The translations under genes were made by a program, and so were the position numbers. Shown piece after piece: positions 9,642-19,222 of a stretch of DNA of 64,000 nt (within the stretch, counting starts at the first letter, position 1; each line of letters begins with the position of its first letter). Below the pieces are notes generated by a model. It did no database searches and was not told the origin of the DNA. It saw only the letters and a program-made list of their open reading frames with translations. This stretch comes from Brevirhabdus sp. Its GTDB lineage: Bacteria > Pseudomonadota > Alphaproteobacteria > Rhodobacterales > Rhodobacteraceae. The stretch lies in the NCBI GenBank assembly GCA_047518005.1, contig JAKZRT010000011.1, forward strand, positions 3,701 to 67,700, read 5' to 3'.

Positions 9642-10177
9642 GCCCGGCCCCCGAAGCCCAGTCGCGCCGGCACGCCCTTGCGGCGCACGCCAAATCCGAA
9701 CCGGGCGATGACCATCATGACCGGATAAGCGGCAATGGTTCCCAAAAGTTTCAGCAACAGCATCCCGAGGCCGGGGGCGGCGACACCGAACAGCACCAGA
9801 ACCGCCGACCCGCCGATCACGATGGCCGCGGCAATGGCCGCCGCCACGCTCCACTCAGCGGCAAACGAGACCTCGGTCGTCAACACCGACCGCGACCGCA
9901 GGAACTCGGTGCCCAGAACCACCGCTGCGGTCATCAGGCCCGGCGGCCGCATCCACAGGAAATCGGCCAGCAAGAAGACCACAACGACCACCCCAAGCGG
10001 CACCACATCGGGCCGTCGGATGACCCAGACAAGCGTCGCGGCCAACAACAGATCGGGGCCTGGCAGCGCGCCGGGTATCCGGTCAAGCGGCAATATGGCA
10101 AGCAGGATAAGGGCCACGGCAAAGGCGATGAACCCTGCTGTTGCGGCGGCCTGGCGCAGCGGTGTCGTTTTAGCCAT
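9638..10177 (-). CDS. mreD: Rod shape-determining protein MreD
   Basis: Small polytopic protein between mreC and mrdA. The ATG at 10177 (MAKTTPLRQ) is verified and overlaps the mreC stop by 8 nt. Confidence 0.8.
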   Translation of the reverse strand: MAKTTPLRQAAATAGFIAFAVALILLAILPLDRIPGALPGPDLLLAATLVWVIRRPDVVPLGVVVVVFLLADFLWMRPPGLMTAAVVLGTEFLRSRSVLTTEVSFAAEWSVAAAIAAAIVIGGSAVLVLFGVAAPGLGMLLLKLLGTIAAYPVMMVIARFGFGVRRKGVPARLGFGGRA

Positions 10178-11087
10178 CGCCACCCTCCAACCCGACTGTC
10201 TCGGCACTTTCCGAGGGTCCAGGCGCTGCTAGGGGGGTCACCAGTCCACCCGGATCTTCGATCGGCGCGCTACGCTGTGACCGCAGCACACGCAAAAAAT
10301 CGAGCCGTTGCAGATCGGCGGCCAACGAAATGCGCAACCGGCCGGCGCGGTCCTGGGCCACCTGACCGACCAGAATATCGGCCGGAAAAATGCCACCGTC
10401 ACCCGACGAAATAACCCGGTCTCCGGGCCGTACAAGCTCGGGCGTTTCCAGAAAGTCCAGAATTGGATCCAGCGAGTTGTCACCGGTCATCATGGCCCGC
10501 TGGCCCGATGGCTGGATGGTGACCGGTATCCGGCTGCCCGGGTCGGTCAGCAGGATCACCCGGGCGGTGCTGGCGCCGACGCCGGAAATCCGGCCCACCA
10601 GCCCGATGCCATCCATCGTCGCCCAGCCATCCATGATCCCGTCGCGCGCGCCGATGTTCAAAAGCACTGACTGGCGGAACGGCGACCCGCTGTCAGCCAG
10701 AACCACGCCGGTCACATACGTCAGCTTTGGGTCGAGACGCACGTTGTTCAGGTCCAGAAGCTTGGCGTTTTCCTGTTCCAGCTGCAGGGCCGCCTCGCGC
10801 CAGGCTTTCATCGCCTGCAGCTCGCGTCTAAGCTCTTGGTTCTGCTCGTAGATACGAGCGTAGGACTGAAAATCATCCAGCATCCGGGTGACCCGCGTGA
10901 CGGGCACGGTTGCCCAGGCGAACGCCGGAACCAGTCGGTCGATCACGTTGGCTCTCAGCCGCTCAACGCGGGGGCTGTCGATGCGCCAGACCAGAAAAAA
11001 GACCACCAAAATGGCCACCAGAACCGCCACAACGATGCGCCGGACGGGTGCAAATGAAATGTCGCCTGTGTTTCGATCTCGTGCCAC
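10170..11087 (-). CDS. mreC: Rod shape-determining protein MreC
   Basis: N-terminal TM segment, a coiled coil (QELRRELQAMKAWREAALQLEQENAKL) and a beta-rich C-terminus, located after mreB. GTG start at 11087. Confidence 0.9.
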   Translation of the reverse strand: MARDRNTGDISFAPVRRIVVAVLVAILVVFFLVWRIDSPRVERLRANVIDRLVPAFAWATVPVTRVTRMLDDFQSYARIYEQNQELRRELQAMKAWREAALQLEQENAKLLDLNNVRLDPKLTYVTGVVLADSGSPFRQSVLLNIGARDGIMDGWATMDGIGLVGRISGVGASTARVILLTDPGSRIPVTIQPSGQRAMMTGDNSLDPILDFLETPELVRPGDRVISSGDGGIFPADILVGQVAQDRAGRLRISLAADLQRLDFLRVLRSQRSAPIEDPGGLVTPLAAPGPSESAETVGLEGGDG

Positions 11088-11116
11088 GGGTCCCCCGGGG
11101 CGATGCCTGTATTGCC

Positions 11117-12361
<1,245 letters not shown>

Positions 12362-12475
12362 TCATTCACGGTATCGGTGACGTGTGAAATATTTCGCCGC
12401 CCTTGTGCGCGGCGCGAAGGCCGAGGCGGCAGCGCCCCCAATTTCCGTCGTGGCCGACCTCCGGCGAGCAGGTGC

Positions 12476-14053
12476 CTAGCTTGCGTCCTTGTAGCTGACT
12501 TGTTTCACATCGGCGTTCGGGTCCGATTTTGTGCGCCGCACCAAAAGCCGGTTGAGCGCGTTCACATAGGCCCGGGCCGAGGCGACGACTGTGTCGGTAT
12601 CGGCGGCCTGACCGGTGACGATGCGCCCGGCTTCCTCCATCCGCACGCTGACCGTGGCCTGCGCGTCGGTGCCTTCGGTCACCGCATGGACCTGGTAAAG
12701 CTGCAAAGTCGCGTCGTGCGGGAACAGGGCCTTGACGGCGTTGAACGTTGCATCGACCGGCCCGTCGCCCTGGGCTGTCACTTGATGATCAACCCCGCCG
12801 ATCGTCAGCGTCAGATCGGCTGATTGCGGCGCTTGGGTGCCGCAGATCACGCGCAGGAATTTGACCTGCATGTGGTCATGCGCGGCCGAGGTCGCCTCGT
12901 CGGCCATCAGCGCCAGCAGATCGTCGTCGAAGACTTCTTTCTTGCGGTCGGCGAGCGCCTTGAAACGCACAAAGACATCCCTAAGCTGGTTGTCGCCCAG
13001 CTCATAGCCCAGTTCCTTCAGCTTGGCGCGCAGCGCCGCGCGGCCCGAATGTTTGCCCATCACCAGATTGGTGGCCGAAAGGCCCACGTCTTCGGGGCGC
13101 ATGATCTCGAAGGTCTCGGCGTTCTTCAGCATGCCGTCCTGGTGGATGCCGGCCTCATGGGCAAAGGCGTTCTTGCCCACGATCGCTTTGTTGAACTGCA
13201 CCGGAAACCCCGACACCGTGGCGACCCGGCGCGAGATATGCATGAGCTTGGTGGTGTCGATCCGGGTCGAGAACGGCATGATGTCATTGCGCACCCTCAG
13301 CGCCATCACCACCTCTTCCAGCGCCGTGTTACCGGCCCGCTCGCCTAACCCGTTGATCGTGCATTCGATCTGGCGCACCCCGGCATCGACCGCCGCCAGC
13401 GCATTGGCCGTCGCCATGCCAAGGTCGTTGTGGCAATGGGTCGCGAAGACAACGTCGTCCGCCCCCGGCACCCGTTCAATCAGCATCCGGATCAGTTCGG
13501 CCGATTCGACCGGTGCCGTATAGCCGACCGTGTCGGGGATATTGATCGTTGTGGCCCCGGCCCTGATCGCAATCTCGATCACCCGGCAGAGGTAATCCTC
13601 TTCGGTCCGCGTGGCGTCCATCGGCGACCATTGCACGTTGTCGCAATAGTTGCGCGCATGGGTGACCGTCTCGTGAATGCGGTCGGCCATCTCGTCTTTG
13701 CTCAGGTTCGGGATCGCCCGGTGCAGCGGCGAAGTGCCGATAAACGTGTGAATGCGCGGGCTGCGTGCGTGACGCACCGCGTCCCAGCATCGGTCGATGT
13801 CCCTGAGGTTGGCGCGCGCCAGCCCGCAGATGGTGGCACCTTCGGTCGCCTTGGCAATATCGGTGACCGCTTCAAAATCACCGTCCGAGGCGATCGGAAA
13901 ACCGGCCTCGATAATATCGACGCCCATCTCGTCGAGAAGCCCGGCGATCTCGAGCTTCTCGCCGTGGCTCATCGTCGCCCCCGGCGATTGCTCGCCATCG
14001 CGCAAAGTGGTGTCAAATATCAGGACGCGGTCCGGATCATCTGTCTTGGTCAT
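12476..14053 (-). CDS. leuA: 2-isopropylmalate synthase
   Basis: 525 aa. The N-terminus [14 protein letters not shown], the HCHNDLG motif and the C-terminal LeuA dimerisation/regulatory region are all present. ATG verified at 14053. Confidence 0.95.
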   Translation of the reverse strand: MTKTDDPDRVLIFDTTLRDGEQSPGATMSHGEKLEIAGLLDEMGVDIIEAGFPIASDGDFEAVTDIAKATEGATICGLARANLRDIDRCWDAVRHARSPRIHTFIGTSPLHRAIPNLSKDEMADRIHETVTHARNYCDNVQWSPMDATRTEEDYLCRVIEIAIRAGATTINIPDTVGYTAPVESAELIRMLIERVPGADDVVFATHCHNDLGMATANALAAVDAGVRQIECTINGLGERAGNTALEEVVMALRVRNDIMPFSTRIDTTKLMHISRRVATVSGFPVQFNKAIVGKNAFAHEAGIHQDGMLKNAETFEIMRPEDVGLSATNLVMGKHSGRAALRAKLKELGYELGDNQLRDVFVRFKALADRKKEVFDDDLLALMADEATSAAHDHMQVKFLRVICGTQAPQSADLTLTIGGVDHQVTAQGDGPVDATFNAVKALFPHDATLQLYQVHAVTEGTDAQATVSVRMEEAGRIVTGQAADTDTVVASARAYVNALNRLLVRRTKSDPNADVKQVSYKDAS

Positions 14054-14130
14054 CTTGCTTATCTCTTTGTCTTGCTTAGCTTTTGCGAATGGCGCTGGTC
14101 ACCCCTAAGCGTCGCGCCGGTCGGGCACGC

Positions 14131-14184
14131 TCAGAGGCAGCTAAGAAGAAGCAGCGAAACGCCAACCGGGCCGCAAAGGCGCAT
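14131..14184 (-). promoter_or_regulatory. Putative leucine leader peptide ORF (17 codons) upstream of leuA
   Basis: Manual reverse complement gives ATG CGC CTT TGC GGC CCG GTT GGC GTT TCG CTG CTT CTT CTT AGC TGC CTC TGA, i.e. MRLCGPVGVSLLLLSCL. That is 6 Leu of 17 residues, four of them consecutive, ending 77 nt before the leuA ATG. Confidence 0.5.
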
Positions 14185-14279
14185 TTGATCCAGGCTATGT
14201 GCTGCAATCGTCATGGGACCCGATCATAAAGCGGGCCATATTGAATTGAAAGCGACAATTTGGGGTGTCAGGCGCTGGC

Positions 14280-15710
14280 TCAGTTTCCGTCGGTGGCCTC
14301 GGCCTGACCGGAATCAAGCTGACCATCGACCCAGGTGCCGGTGACTTCGCCACCGCGCGCATAGCGGATCGTGCCTGTGCCCTCGCGTTTACCGGCCTTG
14401 AAATTGCCGTCGTAGACATCGCCATTGGCATAGGTGGCCAGACCCCTGCCTTGGATCTCTCCCCCGAACCATTCGCCCTCATAGGTGAACCCGTCGGGCA
14501 GCACGATCGTGCCCTGCCCATGGCGCTGGCCAGCCAGGTATTCGCCTTCATAGACGGTGCTGTCCGAAAACGTGGTGGTGCCCCGGCCTTCGCGCTGACC
14601 GGCAAACCAATCGCCCTCGTACCGGTAGCCGTCGGAATAGGTCATCACCCCGTGGCCGTGGAACGCCGCGTTCTTGAATGTGCCCGCATAGATCAGGCCA
14701 TTGGAATAACGCGCCACGCCATCGCCTTCGATCACGCCTGCCACCCAGTTGCCATCATAGGAATTGCCGTCGGGGTACTCAATCGCGCCGCTGCCATCCG
14801 CGAGACCGTTCAGAAAATCGCCGTCATAGACCGACCCGTCGGGATAGGTGACCTTGCCCGACCCCTCAATCCGGCCCGCGACATAATCGCCGACGAAGGC
14901 ATAGCCGTCAGGCCCCGAAAAACTGCCCTTGCCGTGGCGCTGGTCGTTCTTGAACGAGCCCTCGTAAACCGAACCGTCGGCATAGATTTCCTGGCCCGAC
15001 CCCGACCGGGCACCATTGACCAGAAGGCCCTCGTAAACATCGCCATTGGGCCGCGTCAGGCGGCCAAAGCCGTTGATCTGTCCGTCTTTCCAGGTGCCGA
15101 CATAGGTCAGCCCGTCGGGCATCGTCAGCGATCCCTGACCCTCAGACAATCCGCGCACCAGTTCGCCCTCGTAAACCGCGCCGTCAGGATAGGTGATTCG
15201 GCCATCACCCTGTTTGACCCCATCCACCCAATTGCCGTCATAGATGTACCCGTTGGGGCTGGTCACCCTGCCCTGCCCATGGTGGATCGCGTTGCGAAAA
15301 TCGCCCTCATAGACGACACCGTTGGCGTAGCGGGCAATGCCGCGCCCGTTGATCTTGCCGTCGGTCCAGTCGCCCGAATAGGTTCCGCCATCGACAAAGG
15401 TTATTTTTCCGATCCCGCTCGGCTTGCCGGCCGCGAATAAACCTTCATAGACCGATCCATTGGCAAAACGGGCGATGCCCTGGCCGCGAATTTCGCCCTC
15501 GAACCATTCGCCCGAATATTCATAGCCATTGGGCAGGCGGTAAGTGCCGCGCCCGTGCTGTTTGCCGTTCCTGAACGTGCCCTCGTAGACGCCGCCGTCC
15601 TCGAACTGCTGCGTGACGATCCCGCCGCTTTCCTGTGCCAGACTGGCACCCGCGACCAATGTCGCGGCGGCCACGGTTGCGAAAAGCCGAATTCTAATCT
15701 GCCCGATCAT
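14280..15710 (-). CDS. Secreted MORN-repeat protein (signal peptide followed by about 19 tandem MORN units)
   Basis: The N-terminus MIGQIRIRLFATVAAATLVAGASLAQE looks like a signal peptide. The rest is back-to-back 23-residue units of the form Y-[ED]-G-x-[FW]-x-x-G-x-x-x-G-x-G. ATG verified at 15710. Confidence 0.85.
   Translation of the reverse strand: MIGQIRIRLFATVAAATLVAGASLAQESGGIVTQQFEDGGVYEGTFRNGKQHGRGTYRLPNGYEYSGEWFEGEIRGQGIARFANGSVYEGLFAAGKPSGIGKITFVDGGTYSGDWTDGKINGRGIARYANGVVYEGDFRNAIHHGQGRVTSPNGYIYDGNWVDGVKQGDGRITYPDGAVYEGELVRGLSEGQGSLTMPDGLTYVGTWKDGQINGFGRLTRPNGDVYEGLLVNGARSGSGQEIYADGSVYEGSFKNDQRHGKGSFSGPDGYAFVGDYVAGRIEGSGKVTYPDGSVYDGDFLNGLADGSGAIEYPDGNSYDGNWVAGVIEGDGVARYSNGLIYAGTFKNAAFHGHGVMTYSDGYRYEGDWFAGQREGRGTTTFSDSTVYEGEYLAGQRHGQGTIVLPDGFTYEGEWFGGEIQGRGLATYANGDVYDGNFKAGKREGTGTIRYARGGEVTGTWVDGQLDSGQAEATDGN
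14283..15587 (-). repeat. Intragenic tandem array of about 19 degenerate 69-nt (23-codon) MORN units
   Basis: I counted the units by splitting the translated protein at each YEG/YSG/YDG. The periodicity is also responsible for the long spurious antisense ORF 14265..15440. Confidence 0.8.
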
Positions 15711-15883
15711 GCGCTGTGCCCTGAAATCATTTCCGCCCGCCTCTTTGGGGAGCCTCCTGAGACGGGCTCAGGTTAATTCACCCAACCCCAAGTGACAACT
15801 GTGCGTACAGATTTTTGCACCCACCCTGTCTTTTCCTTTTAGTTTGTTCTGATAGAGATCGCTTTGATTGACGGGGGCAGGCC

Positions 15884-17542
15884 ATGGCCGAACGGTTTCG
15901 ACTAACTCTCGCGCAGCTCAACCCGACCGTGGGCGCGCTGGCTGGCAATTCAGCCAAGGCGGCGGCGGCCTGGTCCCAGGCCCGCGCCGCCGGTGCGGAC
16001 ATGGTGGCCCTGCCCGAAATGTTCCTGACCGGGTACCAATTGCAGGATCTGGTCTGGCGGCGGGCGTTCTTGAGCGATGTCGAGGCGGTTCTGGAGCGAC
16101 TGGCCAAGGACTGCGCCGACGGACCTGCGGTTGGTATCGGAGCGCCGGTCATGATCGACGGGGCGCTCTATAACGGCTATCACATCCTGCGCGACGGGCG
16201 CGTCGCGTCGCGGATGCTCAAGCACCATCTGCCCAACACCGAAGTTTTCGACGAAGAACGCTGGTTCGCGCCGGGCCCGGCTGCCGGCCCGTTCCGCATC
16301 GGCACCACCCGAATCGGCGCGCCGGTCTGCGAAGATGCCTGGCACGATGATCCGGCCGAGACGCTGACCGAAAGCGGCGCGCAGTTATTGCTGGTCGCCA
16401 ATGGCTCGCCTTACGAGCGGCAGAAACACGACCGGCGGATCAATGCAATGGTCCACCGCGTGATCGAGACCGGGCTGCCGCTGGTTTACCTGAACATGGT
16501 CGGCGGGCAGGACGATCAGGTCTTTGACGGGGCCTCGTTCATCCTGAACCCTGGCGGTGATCTGGCCCTGCAACTGCCCGCCTTTGACGAGGTGGTGACC
16601 CACGTCGATTTCGCCGCGACCGATGACGGGTTGCGCGCCGTGGTCGGTCAAAGGGAAATTCCACCCGGTGAATGGGCACTCGATTACCGCGCCATGGTCG
16701 AAGCGCTGCGCGACTATTGCGCCAAGTCGGGCTTTGGCAAGGTGATGCTGGGTCTGTCGGGCGGCGTTGACAGCGCGCTGGTTGCGGTGATTGCCGTCGA
16801 CGCGCTCGGGGCCGACAAGGTTCGCTGCGTCATGTTGCCGTCCGAATTCACCGCGCCCCAATCGCGCCAAGACGCCGCAGCGGTGGCGCGCGCCCTTGGG
16901 ACGCGGCTTGATGATGTGCCAATCGACGGGCCTCGGGATGCGGTCACGACCGCCTTGGTGGAAGTGTTCCAGGGGTCCGAGCCCGGCGTGGCCGAAGAAA
17001 ATATCCAGGCCCGTTTGCGCGGCCTTTTGCTGATGGCCATGTCGAACAAGTTCGGCGAGATGCTGTTGACCACCGGCAATAAATCCGAGGTCGCGGTTGG
17101 CTATGCCACGATCTACGGCGATATGGCTGGTGGCTATAACCCGATCAAGGACCTCTACAAGTCCCGCGTTTTCGAGACCTGTCGCTGGCGCAACGCCACT
17201 CACCGGCCGTGGATGCAGGGGCCTTCGGGCAAGGTCATCCCGAGCCGCGTGATCGACAAACCGCCCTCGGCCGAATTGCGCCCCGACCAGAAAGATCGCG
17301 ACAGCCTGCCGCCATACGACGTGCTCGACCAGATCCTTGACGGGCTGATCGACCGCGAAGTGTCGGTTGGCGAGCTGGTCGCCGAAGGCCACGACCGCGA
17401 CACGGTGAAGGCAGTCGAGGGACTGATCTATGCCAGTGAATACAAACGGTTCCAGTCGGCCCCCGGGGCCCGGATCACCAACCGCGCGCTCTGGCTCGAC
17501 CGGCGCTATCCGATCGTGAACCACTGGCGCGACGACGACTGA
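15884..17542 (+). CDS. nadE: Glutamine-dependent NAD+ synthetase (CN-hydrolase domain plus NAD synthase domain)
   Basis: 552 aa with an N-terminal nitrilase-like glutaminase domain and a C-terminal SGGVDSA PP-loop. ATG verified at 15884. Confidence 0.95.
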   Translation: MAERFRLTLAQLNPTVGALAGNSAKAAAAWSQARAAGADMVALPEMFLTGYQLQDLVWRRAFLSDVEAVLERLAKDCADGPAVGIGAPVMIDGALYNGYHILRDGRVASRMLKHHLPNTEVFDEERWFAPGPAAGPFRIGTTRIGAPVCEDAWHDDPAETLTESGAQLLLVANGSPYERQKHDRRINAMVHRVIETGLPLVYLNMVGGQDDQVFDGASFILNPGGDLALQLPAFDEVVTHVDFAATDDGLRAVVGQREIPPGEWALDYRAMVEALRDYCAKSGFGKVMLGLSGGVDSALVAVIAVDALGADKVRCVMLPSEFTAPQSRQDAAAVARALGTRLDDVPIDGPRDAVTTALVEVFQGSEPGVAEENIQARLRGLLLMAMSNKFGEMLLTTGNKSEVAVGYATIYGDMAGGYNPIKDLYKSRVFETCRWRNATHRPWMQGPSGKVIPSRVIDKPPSAELRPDQKDRDSLPPYDVLDQILDGLIDREVSVGELVAEGHDRDTVKAVEGLIYASEYKRFQSAPGARITNRALWLDRRYPIVNHWRDDD

Positions 17543-17586
17543 TCCTGCTTTTGATTGGATTTCGCGCGCCCAAGCAAACCGCGCCT

Positions 17587-17609
17587 CCCCTCTCCCAGTG
17601 GGAGAGGGG
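17587..17609 (+). repeat. REP-like perfect GC-rich hairpin, possibly the nadE terminator or an mRNA stabiliser
   Basis: CCCCTCTCCC-AGT-GGGAGAGGGG forms a 10-bp perfect stem 45 nt after the nadE stop. It is followed by CCGG-GGGAGAGG-CCGG, which repeats the GGGAGAGG word. No U tract follows. Confidence 0.55.
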
Positions 17610-17686
17610 CCGGGGGAGAGGCCGGAATAAATGCCGTTTCGACACCTTCAGGAGAAATTAAATTTAATAACAATGGCTTAACTGCT

Positions 17687-17704
17687 GTTTCAACCTTGAA
17701 ACCT
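17687..17704. repeat. 18-nt motif GTTTCAACCTTGAAACCT (7-bp inverted arms GTTTCAA/TTGAAAC), copy 1
   Basis: Exact second copy at 48196..48213. Both copies lie in AT-rich non-coding spacers. Confidence 0.5.
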
Positions 17705-17734
17705 TGTCGGAATCGCTGCGATGAGGCGCGATTT

Positions 17735-18628
17735 TCAGGGCAGGGCCCGCAAATAAGCGATGATCGCCCACACGTCTTCCTCGGGAATTTTCCCCAGGTT
17801 CTCGACCACCTCGGCCATTTGCGCGCCCGCCGTGTCGAACTCGGGCGTCAGCCCGGTGGTCAGAAAGAAAAATACATCCTGGTCCGACCAATCCAGTTTA
17901 TCCGGCGTCAGCGCCGGTATCGTCCCCTTGCCGGCCGGGTTCGGCGCGCCCGCCAGCCACCGCGCCCGGTCGAGCCCGCCCAGGGCATCGCGCGGCGTGT
18001 GACACTGACCGCAGTGGACCAAGCCCTCGACCAGATAACGCCCGCGCTCCAACTCGGCGCTCGCGACGTCTTGCACCACAAACGATCGTCTGAGGTAGAT
18101 CAGCTTCCACAATCCCAGCCCCCTGCGCACCGAAAACGGAAAGCCCACGTCATGCGCGCGGCTGGCGACAGCGGATGGCGGCAGGGTCATCAGATAGGCA
18201 TGAAGCGCGGCAATGTCGCCCTCGGTCATGTGCTGATACGAGGTGTAGGGCAGCGCCGGGTACAAATGCTGGCCCGCGCGCGACACCCCGTAGCGCAGCG
18301 CGCCCAACAGGTCAGCCGCGCTCCAGCCGCCAATGCCCGCCCCAGTGTCGGGCGAGATATTGGGGGCAAAAAATGTGCCGAAATCCGAAGCAAACGCCAG
18401 ACCCCCCGCCAGTATCAGGCGCGCCTCGCCTTGCGCACCCGGCGCCGCGTGGCACGAGGCGCATCCGGCGGTGGTGAAAACCCTCTCGCCAGCTTCGACC
18501 GAGGTCGCCGCCGCTTCCAGTGCTTCGATTTCTTCAACGCTTGGCACATCGGGCGCGCTCAGCCACAGCCCCAGACCGACGCCCAAGACACCCAGCCCCG
18601 CCGCATAGGTGAAAAGCTGGCGCTTCAC
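17735..18628 (-). CDS. Dihaem c-type cytochrome
   Basis: N-terminal TM/signal segment and two CxxCH motifs (CASCH, CGQCH). GTG start at 18628, 31 nt downstream of the cytochrome c' stop. Confidence 0.8.
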   Translation of the reverse strand: MKRQLFTYAAGLGVLGVGLGLWLSAPDVPSVEEIEALEAAATSVEAGERVFTTAGCASCHAAPGAQGEARLILAGGLAFASDFGTFFAPNISPDTGAGIGGWSAADLLGALRYGVSRAGQHLYPALPYTSYQHMTEGDIAALHAYLMTLPPSAVASRAHDVGFPFSVRRGLGLWKLIYLRRSFVVQDVASAELERGRYLVEGLVHCGQCHTPRDALGGLDRARWLAGAPNPAGKGTIPALTPDKLDWSDQDVFFFLTTGLTPEFDTAGAQMAEVVENLGKIPEEDVWAIIAYLRALP

Positions 18629-18659
18629 GGGCGACCCCGCCTATGGTTCGGCAACGCGC

Positions 18660-19127
18660 CTAACTTGGGACGCGATAGGCTTTGTGGCAGGCACCGCACG
18701 CGCCAAACACTGGCCCAAGCGCTGTTTTCATCGCGTCCTCGCCGTCACCCGCCACCGCGGCCAGCGCCGTCGTCGCAGCAAGCAACGCCGTCAATTTTTC
18801 CATCATGTCGGGAAAGTCTGCCCAAGCCGCCGGCAACGCGCGCGTGCCTTCAATCGAATCTGCGTCGGTTCCCTGCGGCCACATCCGACTTTGGTTTATC
18901 CCTGTCCCTGCCAAAGCCATCAGAGCATCCGCGGCACCCTGAGCGGTGTCCGCGTCATAATCGGCCTTGCCCTGCATCACCGCGCCCAGATAACCGGCGT
19001 GGAAGCTGTTTAGTGTCATGTGGGCCTGACGGGCCTTTACAGCCGGGTTGCCTCCGTGACTTCCAGCCACGACAGCACCGGCGGCGGCGACTGCCAGGAC
19101 AGCAGCCGGTATCAATAATTTCTTCAT
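18660..19127 (-). CDS. cycP: Cytochrome c' (class II cytochrome c)
   Basis: 155 aa with a signal peptide, four-helix-type sequence and a single C-terminal haem site (CGACHKAYR) typical of cytochrome c'. ATG verified at 19127. Confidence 0.85.
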   Translation of the reverse strand: MKKLLIPAAVLAVAAAGAVVAGSHGGNPAVKARQAHMTLNSFHAGYLGAVMQGKADYDADTAQGAADALMALAGTGINQSRMWPQGTDADSIEGTRALPAAWADFPDMMEKLTALLAATTALAAVAGDGEDAMKTALGPVFGACGACHKAYRVPS

Positions 19128-19193
19128 GAATCGCCTCCCTGCAAATCAAAGGTTGCTTTTGTTAGCCTATGCGCCATCTTCACGAAGTGAAGG

Positions 19194-19207
19194 TTGCAAT
19201 TTTGCAC
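19194..19207. promoter_or_regulatory. Crp/Fnr-type (FnrL/NnrR-like) half-palindrome candidate upstream of cycP
   Basis: TTGCA-ATTT-TGCAC (TTG-N8-CAC, one mismatch from TTG-N8-CAA), about 70-80 nt upstream of the cycP ATG in the cycP/LysR divergent spacer. Confidence 0.25.
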
Positions 19208-19222
19208 ATCGATTGATGATAA

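Noticed and set aside
7692-9854. ORF-track N-terminal extensions taken at face value (mrdA 720 aa, surE 302 aa, radA 496 aa, cysG 486 aa, the DsbA-like ORF 313 aa, and others)
   Set aside because: The extensions overlap the upstream gene, are Arg/Gly/Pro-rich, and precede canonical family N-termini (for example [10 protein letters not shown] for SurE). Internal starts that create 1- to 14-nt overlaps with the upstream stop fit better.
14265-15440. 391-aa plus-strand ORF antisense to the MORN gene
   Set aside because: It is an artefact of the stop-poor repeat periodicity. The translated product is a degenerate repeat of IG/AV/DR with no start context, whereas the minus strand gives canonical MORN units and a signal peptide.
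14283-15587. Regular 69-nt periodicity as a possible CRISPR or satellite array
   Set aside because: The units are degenerate at the DNA level, contiguous with no spacers, in one long open frame, and encode MORN repeats. This is not CRISPR-like.
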